Notes: generated by a model not told the origin, from the letters alone. A stretch of 64,000 nucleotides of DNA from an uncultured Treponema sp. (GCA_947178095.1 CAMWWZ010000001.1:34145-98144); one strand, 5' to 3'. Shown: positions 1 through 10,030, counted from the first letter of the stretch. A program made the numbers and translations.

Positions 1-270
1 GTCGGATCTGGCTCGCCATCGCACGCGGCGGGCGCGGAAATGAACGCCATCGCGTCCTCGATTATCGGCGGCACGATGCTCACAGGAGGCGTCGGCAACA
101 TCGCGGGAACTTTCTTCGGAGTGCTTTCGCTCGCCACGATAAAGAACATCGTCTCGTCGCTCGGACTTGACGAAGCATGGTGGACGAACATCACAGTGGC
201 GTTTATGATTTGCTTGTTCCTGCTGATTCAAAGCATCGTGCTTTCGCGCAAGAACAAAGACAAGGCGTAA
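1..270 (+). CDS. Sugar ABC transporter permease, C-terminal part (5'-truncated by window)
   Basis: Frame reads ...ELNAIASSIIGGTMLTGGVGNIAGTFFGVL, the conserved C-terminal motif of RbsC/YjfF-type permeases. Confidence 0.85.
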   Translation, partial: VGSGSPSHAAGAEMNAIASSIIGGTMLTGGVGNIAGTFFGVLSLATIKNIVSSLGLDEAWWTNITVAFMICLFLLIQSIVLSRKNKDKA

Positions 271-273
271 ATT

Positions 274-1062
274 TTAATTCCGCGTTTTCCTGAATTGGAG
301 CGGCGAAATGTCGTTCATCTTCTTGAAGGCGCGGATGAAATTTTCGCATTCCTTATAGTTCAAGATTTCGGCAATCTGCGCAATCGTCTTTTCGCTTGTC
401 AAAAGCAGGGCGATTGCCTTTTCGTTCAAAAAGAATTTCAAATCCTGCGCGGGCGAAACTCCGAAACTTTCCTTGTACAAAACCGAAAAGTGGCTTCGCG
501 TCAAAAAGAAATTCTCGCTCATCGCACGCACAGTCCATTTTTCGGGATTGCGCCTTATTTCGCCGCGCAACTGTTCGAGCCGAAAAAGCGTCTCGCTTTC
601 CCGCTGCGCCTTTTGGTCGGGAAAAATTCTCGCGCCCTGAAGCTTCTTGAGCACGCCGATCGCGTTCTTCGTAAGCTCGTAGTCGTGATTCGCGCCTTTG
701 TCGGTGAGAAGCCAAGTGATGTTCTGCATTTCGGTTTTTATAACGTCGGAATCTTTCACATAAAAAACTTCGTCCACAGGCAAATTGAAATCCTTGTAAA
801 AACTCCTGTCCTGCGGAGGCGTGCGGAATCTGATGTAGTCATTTTCGAATTTTCCGAAGCGGCCGTAATAATTCTGCGGCGTGCCGGGCTTGTACAAAAT
901 GCACGCATTTGCCTGAGTTTCGATTCTGCGCTCGCCGAGAGTAATCACCATCGGCGAATAAAAATGCAGGAGAACCCATTCGAACGTTCCCTCGGGAATG
1001 TTGATACGAAAGCCCTCCGACTCGCATTTTTTGTAAAAGCCGCCGTAGAAATTTATATCCAT
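274..1062 (-). CDS. AraC family transcriptional regulator
   Basis: N-terminal cupin-like domain; C-terminal double HTH (LTRSHFSVLYKESFGVSP...TIAQIAEILNYKECENFIRAFKKMNDISPLQFRK). Confidence 0.9.
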   Translation of the reverse strand: MDINFYGGFYKKCESEGFRINIPEGTFEWVLLHFYSPMVITLGERRIETQANACILYKPGTPQNYYGRFGKFENDYIRFRTPPQDRSFYKDFNLPVDEVFYVKDSDVIKTEMQNITWLLTDKGANHDYELTKNAIGVLKKLQGARIFPDQKAQRESETLFRLEQLRGEIRRNPEKWTVRAMSENFFLTRSHFSVLYKESFGVSPAQDLKFFLNEKAIALLLTSEKTIAQIAEILNYKECENFIRAFKKMNDISPLQFRKTRN

Positions 1063-1086
1063 TAGTTGTCAATTCGAAAAATTCGA

Positions 1087-1461
1087 TTATTCTCCGTGGC
1101 TGTTCCAATTGTCGATGTCAAAAAAATTTCCCTTGTAGAAATTCTTTCCGCCGGCAGGACGCGCCGTCAAGCGGAATTCCACGCATCCGTCAGGACAAAT
1201 TATGGATTTCGTATATTTTCCGTCGCCGCCAACATTCGTCAAATCGCCTCCGCTGCGCACGGCTTCCATAATCGGAAAAAGCGCGACCATCGTTTTGGAG
1301 CAAATCCCCTGCCCCTCGGCGTTCACGGGACAGCCGTATCCGCAAAAATACTTGTCGCCAGGCTCTTCTCCGTTGCGGCAATAGTTTTCCGTGTGCTCGC
1401 TTCGGGTAAGGCGCACGACCTCTATCTCAAACTCATATTCCTCATCATACCATTTTTTCAT
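1087..1461 (-). CDS. TIGR04076-family small Cys-rich protein
   Basis: Start MKKWYDEEYEF after GGAGGAAAA; motifs YCRNGEEPGD, GICSKTM, EAVRSGGDL, CPDGCVEF. Confidence 0.7.
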   Translation of the reverse strand: MKKWYDEEYEFEIEVVRLTRSEHTENYCRNGEEPGDKYFCGYGCPVNAEGQGICSKTMVALFPIMEAVRSGGDLTNVGGDGKYTKSIICPDGCVEFRLTARPAGGKNFYKGNFFDIDNWNSHGE

Positions 1462-1568
1462 TTTTCCTCCAAATTCATCGCAAGGCAAAGCCCTTTTTTT
1501 TCAGAAGCCCCTTACGGTAGCGGAACGGTGCAGCCGCTATTTCCAAAGGATGCGAAACAGGCCGCGCC

Positions 1569-2075
1569 TCATCGCAAGGAAAGCGACATCGCTTCTTTGT
1601 TTTCCGCAAAGCCGAGCGATTCGTAAAGAAACCTGCCTTCTTCCGTAGCGTCAAGCGTGATTTCCGTAGCACCACGCGCGCTCGCCTCTTCGATCAAACG
1701 CGCGACCATTTTTTTGCCGATTCCGCGCCTCCTTGCCTCCGCGCGGACATACACATTCATCAAATGCGCGCGCCTTCCAGCGGGATGCTCGAACGTCGGC
1801 ATCACGTCTATGAAGCAAAGCGATGCCACGCCGGCGCACTTTCCGTTTCCGTCCAGCGCGAACACCGTGACATGATCGCCGCAAAGAAAATATTCCCTGC
1901 TTTTCGAAACCAAGTCCGCGTCAAAACAAAAGATTTCCGGAAAGCCGTAAACCACGCGAAGGCACTCAAGGCGCATTTCCATGAAAAGCGCCTCGTCGGA
2001 ACTGCGAGAAAGCCTTATTTCGATTTCCGCGCAATCGGACTTCACAGCAAAATCGCTCGCCATAGCGTCTCCCAA
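1569..2075 (-). CDS. GNAT family N-acetyltransferase
   Basis: Acetyl-CoA motif NVYVRAEARRRGIGKKMV and LYESLGF. Confidence 0.88.
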   Translation of the reverse strand: MGDAMASDFAVKSDCAEIEIRLSRSSDEALFMEMRLECLRVVYGFPEIFCFDADLVSKSREYFLCGDHVTVFALDGNGKCAGVASLCFIDVMPTFEHPAGRRAHLMNVYVRAEARRRGIGKKMVARLIEEASARGATEITLDATEEGRFLYESLGFAENKEAMSLSLR

Positions 2076-2085
2076 ACGAAGCCCA

Positions 2086-4455
2086 CTAGTGCACGGAGCC
2101 GTTTTTCGTAAGAGCCGTCTTTACGACATTTCCCGCGCAGGAAAGATTCTTTCCGCCGATTTGCACGCAATTTTCGACAACGTTTATTTCGACCTTAAAG
2201 AAATCGTCGGCGGAAATGGAATCCGGCTTTGACGAAGGAATTTGATCGCCTTCCAAGACAACTTCCGTGCCGGGCGCGGCGGGCGATGCGTCCAAGACTT
2301 CCACTCCGTCGCTTCCGTCGGCTTTTTTGTAGTCCGCCGCGAGAAGCATTCCACGGCTTTCGACGCCACGCATCTTGCGCGGCGCGAGATTGTCCGCGAT
2401 GATGACGGTTTTTCCGAGAAGCTCGTCTTCCCTCAAATACGGAACGAGGCCGCTTTGAATGACGCGATCAGTGCCGCTTCCGTCGTCGAGATGCTCGATG
2501 TAAAGCTTTTCCGCCTGCGGATTGCGCTCAATGCTCACGATTTTCGCGACCTTGAGCCTTATCGTCCGCGCGAAGAATGCCGCCTGCTCTTCAAACGGAA
2601 GAACTCCCGAATCTTCGGCACTTTCTTTCTTTTTCGCGCCGCCTTGCGCGGAAGAAGAATCCTTGGAGGAATTCGGCTTTCCGCCGTCCGCATGAGAATT
2701 TTTCCCGGAGAATTTTTCCTTGAAAGCGTCGGCAGTTTTTTTGTCGAGCGGAGTAAAATACACTTCCGTCGTGCCCACGCTCTCCAACCCGGAAAGTTTT
2801 CCCAAGTCTTCCCAGGAAAGTCCTTCGACATTCTTTCCCGAAAGCGTCTTTTCGCGCAGTGTTTTTCCAAAATACGACATTACTTTCCGCGCGTATTGCG
2901 GAAGATACGGCTGGAGCATTATCATGATGTCCTTGATGACATAGCAAAGATTGTAGACGAGACGCTCCGCCTTTTCAGGCTCGGAAACGCGGGTTTTCCA
3001 CGGCTCCGCCGCCTGGAACGCCTTGTTGCAAATGTCGGAAATTTCGAATATCTGATGGAAAGCGTCCTTGAGATTCGCCCATTCCAGATTTTCGGTTATC
3101 TTTGCCTCGAGCGCGCGCACCTTCTCCCAAAGCGCCTTGTCCTCCGCGCCTTGGGGAATCTTTCCGCCATAATATTTGTTCACGAAAAGAAGCGTTCGGT
3201 TCACCAAATTTCCGAGATTTCCCACCAATTCGGAATTGAGCTTTTCCTGAAAGTCCTTCCAAGTGAACTGGAAGTCCTGGCGTTCCGGCCGATTGTAGAA
3301 AATGTAGAATCGCCATGCGTCGGCAGGAATTCCGCTTTCAATCGCGTCGCTTCCGAACACGCCGACGTTGCGGCTTTTCGAGAATTTTCCGTCCTCGTAA
3401 TTAAGATATTCTGTGGAACTCATGTGGAAGAGTTTTGTCCAGCCGCCCTCCGAATCCTCGCGCGTCTCGCTTCCAAGCAAAGTGCACGGGAAAATCACGG
3501 TGTGGAACGGAATGTTGTCTTTTCCGATGAATTGGAAAAGCTCGACACCGCTCGAAGCCGCGGAATTGCTTTCTCCGCAGCTCGCTTCCGAACGCCACCA
3601 AGATTTCCAGTCGAAACTTTCGCGTCCTGATGCCGAAAGCTCGTCCGCAAGCTGCTTCGTTATCGAAATGTATCCGATGGGCGCGTTGAACCAAACATAG
3701 AAAACTTTGTCCTCGTAGCCCGCGCGAGGAACTGGAATGCCCCATTTAAGATCGCGAGTGATGGCGCGTTCCGCAAGGCCATCGCGTATCCAAGCCTTGG
3801 TGATGTTTATGGCGTTCTCGCTCCAGCGTCCGCGCACGCTCGCGTCTTCCATCCATTTTTCGAGTTTTCCCGAAAGCGCGGGAAGGTCGATGTAAAGGTG
3901 CTTCGTTTCGCGCACTTCGGGCTCCGCGCCGCAAATCGTGCACTTCGCGTCCTTCAATTCCGTAGGATCAATCAACGCGCCGCAAGCATCGCATTGGTCG
4001 CCGCGAGCCTTGTCGCTTCCGCATTTCGGGCACACTCCGCTCACATAGCGATCCGCCAAAAATCTCTGGCATTTCGGACAGAAAAGCTGCTTTCCGGTCT
4101 TTTCTTTTATGAGATTGTTTTCTTCCAAGCGGCGATACAGCATCTGCGTGATTTCGGTGCATTCCTCGTTTGAAGTACGCCCGAAAATGTCAAAATCTAT
4201 GGAGAACCATTCGTAGATTTTCCTGTGCTCTTCAAAATAATGGTCGCAAAGCTCGCGCGGAGAAACTCCGTCTTCCTGCGCCTTAGTTTCCGTCGCAGTG
4301 CCATATTCGTCCGTTCCGCAGACATAAAGCGTCTCGTAGCCTCGGCTTCGGCAAAAGCGCGCGAAAACGTCCGCCGAAAGCATTTGAATGAGATTTCCCA
4401 AATGCGGAATGTTGTTCACATAAGGCAGAGCCGAAGTGACAAGCCTCTTTTTCAT
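2086..4455 (-). CDS. metG: Methionine--tRNA ligase with C-terminal tRNA-binding (Trbp111-like) domain
   Basis: TSALPYVNNIPHLGN (HIGH-like), CGTDEYG, Zn knuckles, KFSKS, C-terminal OB fold; start after GGGAGGG RBS. Confidence 0.97.
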   Translation of the reverse strand: MKKRLVTSALPYVNNIPHLGNLIQMLSADVFARFCRSRGYETLYVCGTDEYGTATETKAQEDGVSPRELCDHYFEEHRKIYEWFSIDFDIFGRTSNEECTEITQMLYRRLEENNLIKEKTGKQLFCPKCQRFLADRYVSGVCPKCGSDKARGDQCDACGALIDPTELKDAKCTICGAEPEVRETKHLYIDLPALSGKLEKWMEDASVRGRWSENAINITKAWIRDGLAERAITRDLKWGIPVPRAGYEDKVFYVWFNAPIGYISITKQLADELSASGRESFDWKSWWRSEASCGESNSAASSGVELFQFIGKDNIPFHTVIFPCTLLGSETREDSEGGWTKLFHMSSTEYLNYEDGKFSKSRNVGVFGSDAIESGIPADAWRFYIFYNRPERQDFQFTWKDFQEKLNSELVGNLGNLVNRTLLFVNKYYGGKIPQGAEDKALWEKVRALEAKITENLEWANLKDAFHQIFEISDICNKAFQAAEPWKTRVSEPEKAERLVYNLCYVIKDIMIMLQPYLPQYARKVMSYFGKTLREKTLSGKNVEGLSWEDLGKLSGLESVGTTEVYFTPLDKKTADAFKEKFSGKNSHADGGKPNSSKDSSSAQGGAKKKESAEDSGVLPFEEQAAFFARTIRLKVAKIVSIERNPQAEKLYIEHLDDGSGTDRVIQSGLVPYLREDELLGKTVIIADNLAPRKMRGVESRGMLLAADYKKADGSDGVEVLDASPAAPGTEVVLEGDQIPSSKPDSISADDFFKVEINVVENCVQIGGKNLSCAGNVVKTALTKNGSVH

Positions 4456-4494
4456 ATTATCCCTCCCTGTGCCAAACGGCAAAGCCATAAAGCA

Positions 4495-6507
4495 CTAGCT
4501 TTTTCTCTGTCTTCGTATGTACGACACCGAAAGGCTTATGGTTTTTTCCACTTCCATTCCGGCGGGAAGATCCAAATCCCAAATGAACGCGCTCACAAAC
4601 GTGCGCGACTCGTTTTGCACGATGTCTCCTTCCATATTGCGCCTGCGGAACGCCACGGGAAAATATGTCACGCCCGCCTCCTCGTTTGGCGCGAACACGA
4701 ACGAAACATTCGAATTGGTGTCCGTAATCTGCGATGCGCTCACTTTTTGAATTACGCCGCCTTCAACGTTCGCATGGCACGGAACGTCCGACTTTCCGCT
4801 CATTATTTCGCCGGCGGAAACAAGCTCAATATTGTAAGGCTTGTAGTCGCTTCCGAGCAAATTGAGTTCCGCGAGATTCGTCTCCACGGCGAACTTCGCC
4901 TTTACCGCGACAGGACCTTCGTTTTTCAAAATGTATTGAAGCTGGATGCCGCTTGATTTTACGACATACTTTTTTCTCAACAAAATCGGCTGGTCAAGCG
5001 TGGAAAAGCGCGTCCTCGTCTCGAGCAGGATTTCCTGCTTTTGGCTCGAAAAAGAAATTTCCTTGTAAATGTTCGCGGAAAAAAGCCCGTTCCGGCATGG
5101 CTCGCCCTTGCAATACTTTGCCGCCTCGTCCTCTTCGAAAATATGATCGACGAAAATTCCGCGAAAATAATTGTCGTCGATTCCGTCGAATTTTTTTATG
5201 CGGCTGAAATTGTCGGCATAGTTGCCGCCCGCCTTCATCACGTCAAGCTCGAAAATCGTTCCGCCCGATGGCGTTATGCAGACATTGTATTTTTCGAGAT
5301 GGCAGATATATTCCTTGAAGCCGTCGCCATTGTAGTCATAGCTGATGACGGACTCCTTGAAATCGGAGCATTCGCGCACGAGCTTTTCCGCTTCCGTAAG
5401 ATTCTTGTATGCGTTCTGCCGCGCGGCAAATGCCGAAAGCTCGCTCGGAGAACGGCAGATATACGCATCGCCGCTTTGCCCCGCCCAAAGCTTTTCGCGC
5501 GCGGCCTTTTTCCGCATTTTGTCGCCCCGGCATTGGTTGAGCAAAAGGCTCACGTGAATCATCCTGTCATAAAGAAAGCGGCTCGCGCTGTATGTCTGCA
5601 AATAGTCATAGATGTTTGTGGGATAACCGTCGTTCACTTCGACGCTTTCATACGGAGTGAAGCACCAGCGCGCGATGCTTTCGCCTATTCCGGCGTGCAC
5701 ATAGCCTTGTATGAAAGCCTGGCACGATTTTATGCTTGCATGAGGCAGGGAAAAATTCAAGCCTTCGCTTTCCGAAACAAGCGCGAAGAATTCCTTGAAC
5801 CACGCCGAATCCAAAAAAGGCGCGATCGTCGCGTCGTTGAAAGGAATTGCGATAATCCTTTCAGGCGAAGACTCGGAACTTTCTTCCGAAGTCGGCTCAA
5901 GCGAGCGAAGCCTTTCAAATGAATTCAAAACGCGCTCAAAATAATCCTTCGCGCTTTCGCCCTTTTTCACGGCGAATTCATTGTAAACGGGAAGCACGGT
6001 CGTGGTCTTTCCCCTGTCGCTCATTACGACCGGAAGGAAAAGCTGCTTTGAGGGCGGCAAAAGAGAATTTTCCAAAAGCACGTAGTCCATGTTGAAGTCG
6101 TTCAAAACGGAAATCATCGAAGGATCCCAGCTGTCGGCGAAAAGCTTCATTCCGCGCGGCCGCCGCCCGAAATTCTGCCTTATCGAAAGAGAAAGTTTTT
6201 CTATCTGCCCAGAACGGTCGAGCGGAAACAAAATCGGAAAAATCGGATTGTAATAGCCGCCGCCGATTATTTCGATTTGCTTTCTTGAGAGCAATTCTTT
6301 GAGCAATTCAAAGAATTCGGGATTTTGCTTTTTCAGAAATTCAATTTGAATTCCTGTAAAATAAAAAGAAAATTTAAGGCCGGGATTGGCAAACAAAAGC
6401 GCGCCGAGCGGCTTGTAGATTTTCTCGTAAACCGCCTTGTACATCGAGTCGTCATGAAATTGCAGAAAAGTGTCCGAAAAAATCGGACACAAATTCAATT
6501 TGCCCAT
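4495..6507 (-). CDS. GH57 4-alpha-glucanotransferase/alpha-amylase-like protein, probably catalytically degenerate
   Basis: EIIGGGYYNPIFPI (GH57 CSR-2), R.GQI, NFGRRPRG and a C-terminal beta domain; HxHQP and the catalytic Glu/Asp motifs are not recognisable. Confidence 0.75.
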   Translation of the reverse strand: MGKLNLCPIFSDTFLQFHDDSMYKAVYEKIYKPLGALLFANPGLKFSFYFTGIQIEFLKKQNPEFFELLKELLSRKQIEIIGGGYYNPIFPILFPLDRSGQIEKLSLSIRQNFGRRPRGMKLFADSWDPSMISVLNDFNMDYVLLENSLLPPSKQLFLPVVMSDRGKTTTVLPVYNEFAVKKGESAKDYFERVLNSFERLRSLEPTSEESSESSPERIIAIPFNDATIAPFLDSAWFKEFFALVSESEGLNFSLPHASIKSCQAFIQGYVHAGIGESIARWCFTPYESVEVNDGYPTNIYDYLQTYSASRFLYDRMIHVSLLLNQCRGDKMRKKAAREKLWAGQSGDAYICRSPSELSAFAARQNAYKNLTEAEKLVRECSDFKESVISYDYNGDGFKEYICHLEKYNVCITPSGGTIFELDVMKAGGNYADNFSRIKKFDGIDDNYFRGIFVDHIFEEDEAAKYCKGEPCRNGLFSANIYKEISFSSQKQEILLETRTRFSTLDQPILLRKKYVVKSSGIQLQYILKNEGPVAVKAKFAVETNLAELNLLGSDYKPYNIELVSAGEIMSGKSDVPCHANVEGGVIQKVSASQITDTNSNVSFVFAPNEEAGVTYFPVAFRRRNMEGDIVQNESRTFVSAFIWDLDLPAGMEVEKTISLSVSYIRRQRKS

Positions 6508-6531
6508 AAACTACAAACTTCTTCTCCCGCC

Positions 6532-7107
6532 CTATTTAAACATTGTATAACAATATCGCCAAAGTTTAAAGTCCTTTTTTGAAAAAGTTTCAAGAATGCG
6601 CGAGGCGCTTTCGTCGTTCTTATATCGCACGAGCTTCTGCTCTTTCGGGAAAAGCTCGATCAAACCTTTCGGGCAAATTCCAATGCACGAGCCGCATCCG
6701 CAGCAGTTCATGCTGACGCGCGCGACTCCGTTTTCCAAAACGATCGCCTCTTGCGGACAGGATGCCACGCAGTCGCCGAATCCGATGCAATCCCAGTTCG
6801 AATGAGTGAGAGTTCCGTAAGCATGCTCGAAAAGCACGCAGCTTTTTATGCCGTTGTATTCCATGCGGACATCGCGCCCTTCTTTTTCCGGGCGCGGCGC
6901 GGCAAGGACGACCGCCCTTTTTTCCGAAGGCTCGATTTTGTTGTCCACCACGCGCTTTGTAAAATTCAGTTCAAGGGGGGAAAAAATCGGATTGGCGTCT
7001 TCCAAAGCCTGCTTTCTCAAAGTGGGCAAAAGAATGTTCAGGATGAAAAACGCGAAGAGAATAATCACCATGAGAAATATTATCGAAAGAAAAATTTTCA
7101 ATACCAT
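6532..7107 (-). CDS. rnfB: RnfB-like membrane-anchored ferredoxin
   Basis: N-terminal TM helix; YNGIKSC, CIGFGDCVASCP and CCGCGSCIGICP; start after AGGAG. Confidence 0.7.
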   Translation of the reverse strand: MVLKIFLSIIFLMVIILFAFFILNILLPTLRKQALEDANPIFSPLELNFTKRVVDNKIEPSEKRAVVLAAPRPEKEGRDVRMEYNGIKSCVLFEHAYGTLTHSNWDCIGFGDCVASCPQEAIVLENGVARVSMNCCGCGSCIGICPKGLIELFPKEQKLVRYKNDESASRILETFSKKDFKLWRYCYTMFK

Positions 7108-7173
7108 GTTAAATCTCCTAATTAAAAAACGAAATTCTCGAGCAAACAAAAGATCGCAGTTCCGCCAAAATTC

Positions 7174-7737
7174 CTATTTTCCCAAAACCACGTTCAACCA
7201 CGAAATGTCAAGCGAATACAGCGCGAAAATCAAGACCACCATGCACGTGAACGTGCGCAGCCTCTGCTTGAATGCGTCGTTGTTTTTTATCATCGCGTTC
7301 CTTCCATTGAGCGCGCGCAAAATAGGCACCAAGGCATAATACGAAGCGAGAGCCGCGACGCTTGTCATAAGGCATCCAACGATGTCCCTTCCTTCGCCCA
7401 ACGACAATATTATCACGAGGTATGGGAACGCGAAATCCGCGCCGGACTTACTTGCCGTCACTTGGACTATCATCTCAAAGAACACACCCATCGCGACGAA
7501 AATCAGCAACGCCACGAGCGGATACAAGTCCATGATTCCCAAGGGCGAAAGCAAAAAGCGGATTATCAAAAATGTGAGCGCGACGGTCGCGCTTACGCAA
7601 GAAAGCGATTCCATGATGCTGATGGCGAAGTTTTCTTTTGAAAGACTTTTTTCCGCCACTGAAATCATTCCCCCTCCATAGACAAGGACTGCGGACGCGA
7701 ACAAAATGTAAAACAAAAAAGTGTCAATTATCGCCAT
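7174..7737 (-). CDS. rnfA: RnfA-like membrane subunit (divergent)
   Basis: About 190 aa, ~6 TM helices, LLSPLGIMDLYPLV resembles RnfA; position between E-like and B-like genes. Confidence 0.55.
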   Translation of the reverse strand: MAIIDTFLFYILFASAVLVYGGGMISVAEKSLSKENFAISIMESLSCVSATVALTFLIIRFLLSPLGIMDLYPLVALLIFVAMGVFFEMIVQVTASKSGADFAFPYLVIILSLGEGRDIVGCLMTSVAALASYYALVPILRALNGRNAMIKNNDAFKQRLRTFTCMVVLIFALYSLDISWLNVVLGK

Positions 7738-8335
7738 CTTCTTCTCCCGATTTTTCAATGATATTCATCTTGTATTGAACGCACAAAAGTCCCGCCATGC
7801 AGAATATCGTCAAAAGCAGCGAGCCCGGGATCGAAGCGAAAAACGCCAAAAACGAAGTGGAATACGAGTTGAAAAGATACGCTTCCTTGATGCCCCATGG
7901 CGCGGGGAATGAAATCGTCCCGTATCCAAGGATGTCGCGCAGCAAAAAAAACGCGAGCGCGAACGCAGAAAATTTCAGGCTTTGCATGAGAAAATCCAGC
8001 GGCGGCAATGGCTCATTTCCGAACACGTTTCCCAAAAGGAAAACGGAAACGGCGGGCATGTACATTACGAATCCCAAATTCAGCGCGATCACCGGCGAAA
8101 AAAGGATCACGATTTGCCTGTACAAAATTGTCGCGGAAACTATGACCGCGAGCGTCAGAATGTCCTGCAAGTCACCTAAGTCGAACCTTTTCATAAACGA
8201 ATGAAACGCGCTCGCGCTCACGGCGAGCAAGTTCATTTCAACGATTAGAATTATTCCATACGCAAGGCGACCCGGCGCACAGACAAGCAGCGCGAACGAT
8301 GCCGCAGTAAACATAAAATATAAGCTTTTGTTCAT
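7724..8335 (-). CDS. rnfE: RnfE-like membrane subunit (divergent)
   Basis: Multi-TM; FFLLRDILGYGTI matches RnfE ...RELLG.GT, followed by FFASIPGSLL. Confidence 0.65.
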   Translation of the reverse strand: MNKSLYFMFTAASFALLVCAPGRLAYGIILIVEMNLLAVSASAFHSFMKRFDLGDLQDILTLAVIVSATILYRQIVILFSPVIALNLGFVMYMPAVSVFLLGNVFGNEPLPPLDFLMQSLKFSAFALAFFLLRDILGYGTISFPAPWGIKEAYLFNSYSTSFLAFFASIPGSLLLTIFCMAGLLCVQYKMNIIEKSGEEDGDN

Positions 8336-8346
8336 TTTTTCCTCAT

Positions 8347-8488
8347 TTTTGAACGGTGGAAAAAATTGAAATTTTTTTCACCGTTCAAAACGCGATTTTG
8401 CAGCGAAGCGAAAAATCGCAATATATGCGCGAGTTTGCAACGCAAACTCGACATTAAAATCAGCAACGATATTTCAGTTGCTGATTTT
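8347..8488. repeat. Intergenic cassette of four tandem hairpins flanked by a direct repeat
   Basis: Stems at 8347-8390, 8392-8419, 8430-8450 and 8456-8488; CCTCATTTTTGA repeated at 8341-8352 and 8497-8508. Confidence 0.75.
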
Positions 8489-8508
8489 AATTTTTCCCTC
8501 ATTTTTGA

Positions 8509-8985
8509 TCAAAACTTTGAGACGCTTTGCACGGCATCTTCGAAAATCTTTTCCGCGCTCGAAAGCCAAAAGGCCATCTGCCTGTCGGACTTCGATTCGG
8601 CAAATTCGTCCCTCACCGAACTTTTCAAATACGCCATGCCCTCAAAATGCGCGCGTCCATCCTCATAGCTGAACACGGCAGGAAGCGGCCCGTAGTATGT
8701 CGTGACGCGCATGACCAACGCCATTTTTTGCGCCGAAGGAATTTGCCCGTCAACATTGTGCGAAAGCTCGAAGCAAATCGCGTCATTGCTTTTTTTGTCT
8801 ACGGGAATTTTCCTTCCCACAAAATATTCAGGCGCGGGCAGGACATTTTCCACAGCCGCGCGCAATCCGTTTTCCCAACTATTCCTTGCGAGAACAATGA
8901 ACAATGAAAGCAGCAAAAAAAGCGCGCAAATTATGCCCGAAAAAATTCCGCATTGTTCCAAAAGCTTGTTCGACCTAGCGTTCAT
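8509..8985 (-). CDS. Single-TM protein at the rnfG position (RnfG-like, no FMN motif)
   Basis: N-terminal TM helix then a soluble domain; lies between D-like and E-like genes; no [S/T]GAT motif. Confidence 0.45.
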   Translation of the reverse strand: MNARSNKLLEQCGIFSGIICALFLLLSLFIVLARNSWENGLRAAVENVLPAPEYFVGRKIPVDKKSNDAICFELSHNVDGQIPSAQKMALVMRVTTYYGPLPAVFSYEDGRAHFEGMAYLKSSVRDEFAESKSDRQMAFWLSSAEKIFEDAVQSVSKF

Positions 8986-10030
8986 CGATTTTCTCCTGCG
9001 CCAAAATGGACGCGACTTTTTTCTTCGCGTGACGGCTTTCGTAAACTTGGATCATCGGAGTGAGCAAGTTCAAGAACAGAATCGTCATCACCGAACCGAT
9101 CGGGGAAGTTCCTGTTCCGCAGAAAACAAACGCGACGATTCCGCCGCACGCGGCATAAATCAGCCTTCCTTGCTTTGTGTACGGAACAGTGCCGTCCCAC
9201 TGCAAAAGGAAGAACGCCGCAAAAAGCGTGCCGCTTGAAAGCAGAGCCAAAAGCAAGTCGCCGGAAAGCGGAACGCCTCCAGTCATCAAAGGCGAAAGGA
9301 ATTTCACGGAAAGCGAATAAACCAAAAGGTACACGAACGGAATCATTCCATCTTCCAAGTCAAGCGCGAGCAAAATCACGGACGAAAGCAATGTCAAAGC
9401 GTTGAACCTGAACGCCGGAATCTGCGAAAGGTTGTCCCAAAAGAACGAAACATATCCTTCCGGAATCGAGACGCCAAAAATCCCGAAAACAGAATCATTG
9501 AAAAACGCCGTGAGTTTTTCGTCCACAGGATTCGGCGCGAAAGAATTCTGTATAAAATTGAGCGAGGGATTTTTCAAAAGCAAGTCGTCGCCGAAAACCT
9601 CGAATCCCGGAAAATTGAAATGCCCGATGAACCATGCCGCGGCAACGGTAAAAACCACGGGATTCACCCAAGACACGCCCTGTCCGCCGAAAAACAAATT
9701 CACCGAAGCCATGAAAATCAGAGTTATGAAAAACGCGGCGATCGGAGGATATGACGCGGGCAGAAAAAATCCTATCAGCGTTCCTGCCAAAATCGAATGA
9801 ACTATCGAAAAGAAAAGTTTTTCCCTTTTCAAGAAATTCCACATTCTTGAGCACAACGCGCCCGCGACCGCGCATACGATTATCGCGATCGAAGAATAAC
9901 TCCTCGTCGCGAAAAGCAAAATTATCTGCGGCAAAAGCGCGAGCAGAAAACACAGCATGCGGAGCGTCGGCGACTTGGTGAATGTCGTGTGCGGTCCAAT
10001 CGAAACACGTTTATAAAATTCTTTGCTCAT
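8975..10030 (-). CDS. rnfD: RnfD-like membrane subunit (divergent)
   Basis: SIGPH..., FFGGQGVSWVNPV (RnfD FGG.G.N..NP), GTLFAAFFL, TVPYTKQGRLIYA, SVMTILFLNLLTPMI. Confidence 0.8.
   Translation of the reverse strand: MSKEFYKRVSIGPHTTFTKSPTLRMLCFLLALLPQIILLFATRSYSSIAIIVCAVAGALCSRMWNFLKREKLFFSIVHSILAGTLIGFFLPASYPPIAAFFITLIFMASVNLFFGGQGVSWVNPVVFTVAAAWFIGHFNFPGFEVFGDDLLLKNPSLNFIQNSFAPNPVDEKLTAFFNDSVFGIFGVSIPEGYVSFFWDNLSQIPAFRFNALTLLSSVILLALDLEDGMIPFVYLLVYSLSVKFLSPLMTGGVPLSGDLLLALLSSGTLFAAFFLLQWDGTVPYTKQGRLIYAACGGIVAFVFCGTGTSPIGSVMTILFLNLLTPMIQVYESRHAKKKVASILAQEKIDER

Noticed and set aside
295-1626. Long antisense ORFs (e.g. 295-1065, 1066-1626, 2242-3630, 24276-25820, 26281-27513, 55729-56592)
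   Set aside because: Shadow frames opposite well-supported genes; few stop codons are expected from this codon bias
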